Source: Fidelibacterota bacterium (GTDB lineage: Bacteria > Fidelibacterota > UBA8477 > JABMPR01). Taken from it: a DNA stretch of 64,000 nt. The notes beneath the pieces are model-generated. The model worked only from the letters and a program-made list of their open reading frames with translations, was not told the DNA's origin and did no database searches. Location: the NCBI GenBank assembly GCA_021734325.1, contig JAIPJF010000005.1, forward strand, positions 4,028-68,027, in the 5' to 3' direction. The position numbers and the translations under genes were made by a program. Each line of letters opens with the position of its first letter. Positions within the stretch are counted from its first letter, which is position 1. This document shows, piece by piece, positions 26,924-34,934 of the stretch.

Positions 26924-28597
26924 CTATAACGTTATCGTTATTGGACGGCTTATCGTAATAAAATATCGATTCCCGGAATTGAATTTACTTTCTCGATATT
27001 CATATCGAAAGCTGATTCGATATGCGTATACACGTGCGTTTAAATTTGCATTCAGGGTCGTTGAAATGAAATGCACCAAATTACTTGTATCAGTTGGGTC
27101 CGATCCAATGGTTATTGTTTGATGACTGTATAATCCTGAGATCTGAGTGGAAAAATTTCGAAAAAGACCTGAATTGGCAAAGCTGATTCTGGCTGATCTC
27201 GCTTTATCAAGTGGCTTATCAAGGTTTGTCCACGAGAGGTTTGCCTCCAAGCTTCCGGTTGTGGCTCGACCCAGTTTTATATTTGATCGGCCTTTTAATA
27301 TTCTTGAATGGACAATGTCGGAGCTACTGACCAGGCCAGTGCGTGCCTGCCCTTGAATGACACTCAAATCCAGAAATATATTTGAGCTGACATTGCTTTG
27401 AAATCCAAAGTGAACGCTATTTCTAAATGCTGAGTTAGACAAATAGCTCAACAGATGTGTGAAGCTTTCTTCTCCATTCAGCTCAATTTTTTGGTTTAGC
27501 TTCCATCTCATTCTACCACTGATGCTCAAGGTGTTTGCATAGTGATATTTCTCCTGGTGTCTTAATCTCTGTACGCCAGTCTTATCGCTGATGGTCAAAG
27601 AAGTTCGTGCGCTCCTGATCCGCTTGTTGTATAGAAAATTGGCTCTGACCCAGTAGGCATTTTCGGACATGCGTTCAACAGGTGATATGGAATTGGTCTC
27701 AGAAAGATCTGCTCCCAGGGATAGACGTTTACCATTTGGAAGTGTAAACGAACTTGAATGAATTGCGCTGATCGATTGAGTGCTGAATAGGGCAGTACTC
27801 TGCTTTTGCATACCAAGCACTGTTGTATGACGCGTACCTGGAGGAGTATCAGGGATAATATTTATTTTTCCGTTCGAAGATTGGGCCTGATTAAGTTTGT
27901 TCAGATTTGCCTGTGTCGTTATCCTGATTTTGTCAATCAATCTGGTGAAGGAATTAAAAGAAACAGTTTCGTAGGTATTATCAAGATTCACCAGGTAATT
28001 ATGATCCCTTGCCTTGGAATAATACATCGAATAGCCAGCTGTTACATCACGACTCTGATTATTGATGGCAATTGAAAATTGATTCCCACTTTGAAGCAGC
28101 GCGTTTTGATTTGCAATTTGTGAAAGACTAGTACTATAAACGATCTTTGGCAAAAGTTTGGTCCCGGGTATACTTCCCTGAAGTCTCAGAAAATCATTGT
28201 TCTCAAATATTTTCCCCAATAATTGGGATGATCCATTGCTCTCTTCTCTTCTATTCCTTATAAGGCTCAGGCTGATCGGAAAGCGCGATTTTTTTAGCAG
28301 GTTGCTTCTTAAGTTATAATTCCATTGTCTTGGTATAAAAGTCGTGCTCCCAGCGGCTTCACGTATCAGGGTCCGTTGGTCATTATAAGCTGTGGTTAGA
28401 ACATAATCACCGATGCGCTCATGGAGAAGTCTGCCCATGATCCTTAGCTGATAGTTTTGGCGATAATTTGAAATTTGATTGGCATCTTTATCAAACGAAT
28501 TTGTCATATTGAGCGTTATCGTCGATATCTGAGCAATGCCGCTTGACAGCAGGATCAAAATAAAAAAACAGACTTTATAACTGCTCTTGAGAGTCAT
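26924..28597 (-). CDS. Predicted outer-membrane beta-barrel protein (candidate porin of the cytochrome cluster)
   Basis: Signal peptide 'VCFFILILLSSGIAQ'. 557 aa, Ser/Thr/Asn/Arg-rich with many short alternating hydrophobic/polar stretches, no Cys-haem motifs and no TM helices. I recognised no family by eye. Confidence 0.55.
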   Translation of the reverse strand: MTLKSSYKVCFFILILLSSGIAQISTITLNMTNSFDKDANQISNYRQNYQLRIMGRLLHERIGDYVLTTAYNDQRTLIREAAGSTTFIPRQWNYNLRSNLLKKSRFPISLSLIRNRREESNGSSQLLGKIFENNDFLRLQGSIPGTKLLPKIVYSTSLSQIANQNALLQSGNQFSIAINNQSRDVTAGYSMYYSKARDHNYLVNLDNTYETVSFNSFTRLIDKIRITTQANLNKLNQAQSSNGKINIIPDTPPGTRHTTVLGMQKQSTALFSTQSISAIHSSSFTLPNGKRLSLGADLSETNSISPVERMSENAYWVRANFLYNKRIRSARTSLTISDKTGVQRLRHQEKYHYANTLSISGRMRWKLNQKIELNGEESFTHLLSYLSNSAFRNSVHFGFQSNVSSNIFLDLSVIQGQARTGLVSSSDIVHSRILKGRSNIKLGRATTGSLEANLSWTNLDKPLDKARSARISFANSGLFRNFSTQISGLYSHQTITIGSDPTDTSNLVHFISTTLNANLNARVYAYRISFRYEYRESKFNSGNRYFITISRPITITL

Positions 28598-28664
28598 AAA
28601 CGACGCTTATAAAGAATTGAGATTATTCCCATTTCACAATACCCCACTTGCCCTGGAAATAGAA

Positions 28665-28701
28665 AAAGGACCAAAAAAGTTTTGAGCTCCCTTGGTCCTT
28701 T
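28665..28701 (-). terminator. Rho-independent terminator directly after the tetrahaem cytochrome gene
   Basis: On the minus strand: aaaggaccaa-(17-nt loop)-ttggtccttt followed by ttctattt. It lies 40 nt after the stop at 28741. Confidence 0.8.
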
Positions 28702-28740
28702 TACCCGGTTTAAACGATGATTAAGCCGTGGGAGAAATCC

Positions 28741-29388
28741 TTATTTCGAATGACAGGTGATACATAGTGCGCTGGAAGCATTGCTCTTCCGTAAAAATGT
28801 ACCGTTCGTGTTGTCATGCGGATCATGACAGCTATTACACTCAACCTTGCCATTTGTCAGCTTCAAACCGCCTGTGCTTGTGACCGTAGCTGCTGCGACG
28901 AATCCAGAAGCATCTGCAGCAATACTTTCAGAGTATAATATCCCAACTGGATGATCACCACTTAAATCCCTTGTCATGTCTGGCATACCGGCAGCAATGA
29001 TTCCACTAGTCACATTTCCACCATCAGTTATAGCAATGGTTGCACCACTGGCACCAGATCCCGATTCATTCAGTATGACGCCGATAGCTGTGGCACCATC
29101 ATGGCAGCTCATGCAGGCAGTAGATCCTTCGCCAGAGGAACCGGCTGTGCTAGCCAGGGCCACAGTGTTGTAAGTGGCTATGGTTCCTGATCCCTTGTTC
29201 CAGAGCAGGTCAGCGCCATTGGTTGTGTGTGGCGTATGGCAAAAGATACAGGTACCCGTCTCAGTTGTAGCGACAGCACCACCGCTGGTCGAACTGGTGG
29301 ACAGGTCATGCTTTGTGTTCGCGATTTGAGCATTTGTCACGCCGATAGCGATCAACAGCACTAAGCTTGAAAGTAACAGTTTTTTCAT
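28741..29388 (-). CDS. Small secreted tetrahaem cytochrome c (215 aa), Ser/Thr/Gly/Ala-rich
   Basis: Signal peptide 'MKKLLLSSLVLLIAIGVTNAQ'. Motifs: CIFCH, CMSCH, CNSCH, CITCH. It is collinear with the first four haem motifs of the 11-haem protein (KHDLS, CIFCHT.H, LWN, CMSCHDG..AIG, DHP.G, VEC..CHDPH, LC.TCH.K). Confidence 0.95.
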   Translation of the reverse strand: MKKLLLSSLVLLIAIGVTNAQIANTKHDLSTSSTSGGAVATTETGTCIFCHTPHTTNGADLLWNKGSGTIATYNTVALASTAGSSGEGSTACMSCHDGATAIGVILNESGSGASGATIAITDGGNVTSGIIAAGMPDMTRDLSGDHPVGILYSESIAADASGFVAAATVTSTGGLKLTNGKVECNSCHDPHDNTNGTFLRKSNASSALCITCHSK

Positions 29389-29506
29389 TTTTTCCCCTCT
29401 TCGTTTATAAGCCGGATAGAAATCTAATTCTACCTTTTACAATACCTCCAATTTCAAACATCTGTATTTGTCGATACTATTGTTTGTCACAGGTGAGATA
29501 ACTTGC

Positions 29507-29522
29507 GGCAATATCCGTGCCA
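29507..29522 (-). promoter_or_regulatory. Near-consensus sigma-54 (-24/-12) promoter for the tetrahaem cytochrome gene
   Basis: The minus strand reads TGGCACGGATATTGCC against the consensus TGGCACG-N4-TTGCW, with exact GG-N10-GC spacing. The -12 GC lies about 120 nt upstream of the ATG at 29388, inside a 230-nt intergenic region. Confidence 0.75.
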
Positions 29523-29619
29523 TTAGGAAATAATGACAATAGCACAAATAAAAGATTAGAGCAATTGTTGTTAAAAGTAAAATAATGTGATATGAGAGTA
29601 TTGGCTAGCTGATAGGCGT

Positions 29620-30633
29620 CTATCCCGCTCCAAGAAAGCGGAATACCTGGACACGTGAATTGTGCTGATCAACCACATAAATCAAATTATTTTCGTCAAT
29701 ATGTATCCCCATGGGAGTATGAAATTCACCCGCAGCAGTTCCGGGAATACCGACAAATAAATAGACATTGCCAGCTTCATCAAATATTTGGAAATTGTGG
29801 TACATCCCGTCTGTCACAAAGATATACTCATCATTTGTGACTGCCAAGCCCTTGGGTCTGTAGAGATCACCAGGGGCATCACCTGCCTGCCCGAACTTGG
29901 AAATGAAATTTCCGTCGAGATCAAAAATCTGAACTCGGAAATTCATGGCATCCACGACATAAATTTTATCATTCTTGATGGACATATAGGAAGGAAAATT
30001 AAACTCACCCTCTCCACTTCCTCTTGCGCCAATGGTAAACAACTGATCTCCGCTGTGAGCATTAAAAACAATGATTTGATGTGAATTGCTATCGGTAACG
30101 TAGAGTCTGTCTGTCCCGGCATGATAGGCTAAGCCTCCGGGTCGGTTCAATTCGCCCTTTTTGCCTATCAGTTTTATAAATTTGCCGTTTGTGGTCATAC
30201 AGACAATTTTTTGCAAATAGCTGTCGGCTACCCAGATAAGACTATCATGGATGGCCAGACCTACAGGCCATAATAATTTAGTCTTTCCCTGCTGACCAAT
30301 TTTTCGAATTTTGCCTTGCTCTCTGTCGAACACTTTTATTGAGCGATCGGCACTATCGCTGACATAGACATTTCCCCTGGCATCTGTCGCGACATCAAAG
30401 GCTTGAATGAGCTTTTGACCGGCTTCCGCACCAAATACAATGGTGCTAAGTTTGTCTTGATAGCTTTGTCCCTGGAAATATTGATCCTGTAAAATTTCAA
30501 CAAATTCAATTCGTGCCTGATCTGGAGGATCCGGCCAGACGAGCTCTGGCCACACTGAAACTGTTGGTGTACACCCAGTGAGGGAAAAGAGCGTTGAAAT
30601 AAAAGACACATATAATTTGATTATTTTTTTCAC
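29620..30633 (-). CDS. NHL-repeat six-bladed beta-propeller lipoprotein (paralogue 1)
   Basis: Lipobox 'LFSLTGC'. NHL blades include 'GEFNFPSYMSIKNDKIYVVDAMNFRVQIF' and 'GEFHTPMGIHIDENNLIYVVDQHNSRVQVF'. It is clearly paralogous to 25834-26844. Confidence 0.85.
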   Translation of the reverse strand: MKKIIKLYVSFISTLFSLTGCTPTVSVWPELVWPDPPDQARIEFVEILQDQYFQGQSYQDKLSTIVFGAEAGQKLIQAFDVATDARGNVYVSDSADRSIKVFDREQGKIRKIGQQGKTKLLWPVGLAIHDSLIWVADSYLQKIVCMTTNGKFIKLIGKKGELNRPGGLAYHAGTDRLYVTDSNSHQIIVFNAHSGDQLFTIGARGSGEGEFNFPSYMSIKNDKIYVVDAMNFRVQIFDLDGNFISKFGQAGDAPGDLYRPKGLAVTNDEYIFVTDGMYHNFQIFDEAGNVYLFVGIPGTAAGEFHTPMGIHIDENNLIYVVDQHNSRVQVFRFLGAG

Positions 30634-30649
30634 TGGAAGCGTCCTTTAT

Positions 30650-31699
30650 TCAATTATTGGGATCCTGCTTAAGCACCTCAAGGGAGGGGGGAACAGGGAG
30701 TTTCAATCTTTCTGGAATGATAAATTCAGGCTGCTCAATATCGGTTGTTTTCCCATTCTCATTCGCTTTGAGTGCACTTAGCGATGGAGCCAGCGGTAGA
30801 TCGTAATCTTTGGGACCTACATAGAATTCAGGTCTACTGATTGAACTATCATAAGGGGGACTGAACAGACCAAACCCACTGAATAAATCTTTCAGATCCT
30901 GCCACAAGTTTGTGTGCTTGGCAAGCGGAAAACCAATCAGGGGTCTCGTCGAAAAACCTGCCATAGCCTGTATGACCGGTTGTGATTGATCACCAGACAT
31001 GCAAAAGCCGTATGCCATGCCCACCTGTAAATGACTGAAAACGAAGGTCTTGATCCCGGCATTGATAAATGATTCATATCCTTCAGGTGCAGACCCATCC
31101 AGAAAATACTCCCCGCTGACCTGAAGATTCTTGAACAGGGGTCGACTTCCAGCCAATCCGAAATACAGCCCTCTTTTTACTCTCCTCTCCTCAAAGGTCC
31201 TTTCCTGCAAACCGACTTGTAATATTGCATTCACATTACCCAGAGTATACTCTGAGATCAAGGTAGCCTGGTAAAAACGATAATTCGAGACGGATGAAGG
31301 GAGAGGATTGGAAATATATTCCACCTGTGAGGACTTTGCTGAGAGGGCGAGATTAGCGTCATGCCAGGTAAGCAGGTTGATCTTTGTGCCAATTTGTGAA
31401 TCACCAAGTAAAGCATTATTAAAGGTACTTTGCTGATTATGGGAAAGGAAAATCTCAATTTTGGGAGAAATCCCCAGGGCAAAATTAAAGGGAATAAACT
31501 GACTTGAATGAGCAGGCAGCAGTCCGATGCGGATATGGCCAACATCCAGGGTCTGGGCACTCGGGATATAAAACAATCCCGTTGAACCATTCAAGCTTAT
31601 CCCGAGATCTGGTATATATGGTGATTGATCTGCAGCATGGAGGCCGCAGACAACTTGTAGAAACAGGGCGAACAGGACAAGTTTGGGTGTATGTTTCAT
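30650..31699 (-). CDS. Secreted, outer-membrane-like protein with a Pro-rich C-terminal tail
   Basis: Start chosen at 'MKHTPKLVLFALFLQVVCGLHA' (signal peptide, 4 nt after the upstream stop). 'STGLFYIPSAQTL' resembles the N-terminal motif of YjbH-like beta-barrel proteins. The C-terminal roughly 80 aa are Pro-rich. Confidence 0.5.
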   Translation of the reverse strand: MKHTPKLVLFALFLQVVCGLHAADQSPYIPDLGISLNGSTGLFYIPSAQTLDVGHIRIGLLPAHSSQFIPFNFALGISPKIEIFLSHNQQSTFNNALLGDSQIGTKINLLTWHDANLALSAKSSQVEYISNPLPSSVSNYRFYQATLISEYTLGNVNAILQVGLQERTFEERRVKRGLYFGLAGSRPLFKNLQVSGEYFLDGSAPEGYESFINAGIKTFVFSHLQVGMAYGFCMSGDQSQPVIQAMAGFSTRPLIGFPLAKHTNLWQDLKDLFSGFGLFSPPYDSSISRPEFYVGPKDYDLPLAPSLSALKANENGKTTDIEQPEFIIPERLKLPVPPSLEVLKQDPNN

Positions 31700-31703
31700 A
31701 GGC

Positions 31704-32909
31704 CTAATTTTTAAAATGACATTGTTGACAAAGCTCACTCCAATTCCCCCTCAGCAGAAATTCCTCATCTGAAGCGTGGGGGTGGTGACAGGAGGCACAG
31801 CTCAATTCGTGATCAGGATCCAGGGGATTTGGGTACCCTGAATGAGGATGTTTTTTGACCGGGTGGAATCCAGCTTTGATATGATCATGGCAGCTTAGGC
31901 ATAATTCATTTGTCTTTTTAACAAGGAGGGCGTCAGCCGATGTTCCGTGGGGGTCATGACAAATGAGACAGCTTTCCTCCATGGGCGGATGGATATTTTC
32001 CATATTGTTAACTTCGTCTTCCTGATCGCTATGACACATCATGCAAGTACTCGGGTCTCCGCGGAAATCTTCTAGAAGTTGATGTTTGGGATCGGATCCA
32101 TCATCATGACAGGAATTGCATTCCATTTCTTCAGTGGGAGAATGCATCATTGCTTTGTCCAGGATTGATGAGTGGCAGAACGAGCAGTCGTCTTCCTCCA
32201 TCTCCGTATGACAATAGGAGCACTTTTCCTCATTTTCGCCATGGAACTCACTACGGACGGCATTCTCAGGGACATCTTCAGCCAGAGAGGAAATGAAATA
32301 ATAGAAATTCAGGGTGTCGGCATATTGCAATTCATATTCTTCGTTCAGGAAATGCAGATAGAATGAATTAGAACCAGGTTTAAACGCAAGTTGTGAGGCG
32401 ATGAGGTCTGGATGATTGGGGCGACTTAATGGATTCAGTATCCTTTTCTCAACATTCCAGCCAATTAAAGTGATTTTCAGATTAAGAGCGTTAATTTCGG
32501 TGACTTTTTGAAGGGCCCGTCGGAAATCGGTCGTTCGCCAGAAATCTTCCAGATCGAGGGGGCGACTGGTTGAAAAATTGTATTCATAGGTCGAGGTGTC
32601 ATTATTTATATGAATAAAATTCAGGATCATGATATTGACATTGAACCGAGGGGTGAACATGTTCATCATGGTTTTGGGAAAGGCATCTTTTTCCTCGGGA
32701 CTGAGGATGCCCATTGATGTACTGATAGTTGTATCCTGGAGGAGTTGGTATTCGGTGCGGGTAGAGGAAGTGTAGAGTGCTTTTAAAAACCCTCCCTGTG
32801 CATAACTGATTTTTTCGTGGGTTAGCGGAAAGAGTAATTGGAGATCATCACCGTAATTAGGGCTGGATATTAGAACCAAAAACAGCAGAAAAAGGACATG
32901 TATTTTCAT
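31704..32909 (-). CDS. Octahaem cytochrome c with a roughly 220-aa N-terminal non-haem domain
   Basis: Signal peptide 'MKIHVLFLLFLVLISS'. Motifs: CSYCH, CSFCH, CNSCH, CMMCH, CLICH, CLSCH, CASCH, CQQCH, all in the C-terminal 180 aa. 'CHDPHGT...LL....LCLSCH' is a doubled-CXXCH-like spacing. Confidence 0.95.
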   Translation of the reverse strand: MKIHVLFLLFLVLISSPNYGDDLQLLFPLTHEKISYAQGGFLKALYTSSTRTEYQLLQDTTISTSMGILSPEEKDAFPKTMMNMFTPRFNVNIMILNFIHINNDTSTYEYNFSTSRPLDLEDFWRTTDFRRALQKVTEINALNLKITLIGWNVEKRILNPLSRPNHPDLIASQLAFKPGSNSFYLHFLNEEYELQYADTLNFYYFISSLAEDVPENAVRSEFHGENEEKCSYCHTEMEEDDCSFCHSSILDKAMMHSPTEEMECNSCHDDGSDPKHQLLEDFRGDPSTCMMCHSDQEDEVNNMENIHPPMEESCLICHDPHGTSADALLVKKTNELCLSCHDHIKAGFHPVKKHPHSGYPNPLDPDHELSCASCHHPHASDEEFLLRGNWSELCQQCHFKN

Positions 32910-32981
32910 TACGCAATCATTTCTGTTTGCAGCGAGTAGGCCGCAATATATAAAAGTTAGTGAACATTGAGAGAATAGATG

Positions 32982-32997
32982 TGCATATATGATACCA
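32982..32997 (-). promoter_or_regulatory. Possible weak sigma-54-type promoter upstream of the octahaem gene
   Basis: The minus strand reads TGGTATCATATATGCA. The GG-N10-GC spacing is correct, but only about 9 of the 12 specified consensus positions match. It lies 73-88 nt upstream of the ATG at 32909. Confidence 0.3.
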
Positions 32998-33187
32998 TAT
33001 CCACAAAATTTTCAATATTTTCACTGATTCGAGACTGAGCAGGTTGGGCAAAAATCTCAGTAGTGCATTGAGATCCAGCTTTTTAGAAAAATTGAGCGAC
33101 AGGATTATTAATTAACTGTCAGTTCAAGACATTAATTATTTTTGGTATAACTGGCCCCGGGACTAACTTCTTCTCAATTCACAAGCT

Positions 33188-34660
33188 ATGTTGAGGATTT
33201 CCATATATTACCTGTTTTCACTTGCTGTCATGACCATTTACGGCGGACAGGTCTGTCCTTTCATTGATACCCTCACCGTATTTGAATGGGGAAAGACGCT
33301 TTCTGCCTTTTTTCTTATCCTATTTGTTGTTCGACACCAACTCATTAAGAAATTTGTGTACTCGAAACCGGCCATGCACCAGCCAAGGCAACAGATGGTT
33401 TTCGAATTTTGTCTTTTTATCATTGCCGGGATGGCCATCGCCACCTACAACCACTTTGTTTATGTATTCCCACCTATCGGGAGTGGGGGCAAGGTCACTG
33501 TTGGCATGTTCACACTCGGCTCATTCCTCGCCATGGACATGGCATTGCTCAGAGAGCGTCTCATCCTACAGGAGGCTAAAGCGCATGGTGAACGTCTAGC
33601 TCCTGTGAAAGAATTTAGTTCTCTGATCAAAAAGTTCACAATCTTTGCCATCCTGGTCCTATCGTTCGTGTCCGTGGTCATTCTGCTGGTCATAAGCAAG
33701 GATATCTATTGGATCTCAATGGCAGAGATGGAGGATCTGGATGATGTTCGAAGGACAATATCATTTGAGGTCCTGTTTGTCATTATAATCACTCTGGGTC
33801 TGGTCCTGAATCTGATCTACTCCTATTCCCAAAATCTAAAACTTTTCTTCGCCAATGAGACACAGGTGCTTAACGAGGTGAATCAGGGTAATCTGGACGG
33901 CTATGTTCCCGTTTTGAGCAGGGATGAATTTGCCCACATTGCAGAGCATACCAACCAGATGATCGATGGGCTTCGAGAAAAACGACGTATTCAAAATATC
34001 TTTGGTAAGGTGGTCAGTCCGGAAGTTGCCACCCACCTGCTCTCCCTCAAAGAAAATGAGCTCAAACTGGGAGGACAGCGTCGTGAACTGGTGATTCTGC
34101 TCTCAGATATCAGAGGTTTTACCTCACTCACCGAGAATTATGAACCGGAAGAAATGGTCGCAGGGCTGAATAAGTACTTCACTGACATGGTGAAGATCAT
34201 CCATAAAGAAAACGGTGTGGTTGATAAGTTTATCGGTGATGGGATTCTGGCTGTCTTTGGTCTAACGGATACAGAAGAGGCTCCTGAACAGGCCTTGAGG
34301 GCTGCACGCGAGATGTTCAATATCTGTCGGGAGAATAATACAAGCTATGAATTACCCATTAAAATGGGTATAGGGATTCACTCAGGTGTCGTGATCGCCG
34401 GTAATATTGGGTCTGAGGAACGGCTGGAATATACGGTAATCGGTGATGCGGTCAACGTCACCGCCCGACTGGAAACACTGACCAAGGATCTGGATGCCTC
34501 CATCGTAATCTCAAAGGCCTTGTACGAAAAATTAAAACAATCCCGAGAGGATCTTCCCTGGCAGGATCATGGTCCCCAAACCTTAAAAGGTAAGCGTGAA
34601 AAAATTCATGTTTATGGACTTGCCATAAACAATGCCGATTCAAATCCAGTGAAAATATAG
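33188..34660 (+). CDS. Membrane-bound class III adenylate/guanylate cyclase (multi-TM sensor, HAMP, cyclase)
   Basis: N-terminal TM helices and a HAMP-like linker. The catalytic core is 'LVILLSDIRGFTSLTE...VDKFIGDGILAVFG...GIGIHSGVVIAGNIGSEERLEYTVIGDAVNVTARLE'. Confidence 0.9.
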   Translation: MLRISIYYLFSLAVMTIYGGQVCPFIDTLTVFEWGKTLSAFFLILFVVRHQLIKKFVYSKPAMHQPRQQMVFEFCLFIIAGMAIATYNHFVYVFPPIGSGGKVTVGMFTLGSFLAMDMALLRERLILQEAKAHGERLAPVKEFSSLIKKFTIFAILVLSFVSVVILLVISKDIYWISMAEMEDLDDVRRTISFEVLFVIIITLGLVLNLIYSYSQNLKLFFANETQVLNEVNQGNLDGYVPVLSRDEFAHIAEHTNQMIDGLREKRRIQNIFGKVVSPEVATHLLSLKENELKLGGQRRELVILLSDIRGFTSLTENYEPEEMVAGLNKYFTDMVKIIHKENGVVDKFIGDGILAVFGLTDTEEAPEQALRAAREMFNICRENNTSYELPIKMGIGIHSGVVIAGNIGSEERLEYTVIGDAVNVTARLETLTKDLDASIVISKALYEKLKQSREDLPWQDHGPQTLKGKREKIHVYGLAINNADSNPVKI

Positions 34661-34934
34661 CATTCTAAAGGCAGATATTTTTTCTGTTGTCAGTCGATTC
34701 ATAAAGGCACCTGCCGACCCGGGATAATTCTCAGAAATCCAGATTATTTTCGATTGTCATATTTGGAATATAGCAACCAGAAATATCGACAGATATTAAC
34801 TCTCATTTTTATTCTGAATATCGAATCTCAGTACGCGTGTAAATTATGATAAAAACAGTCATTAATATAAGTTGCATCATATATGCTGTTATCACATATT
34901 AAATGACTGCGAAAAGCTTCAATATGGGGAAAAT

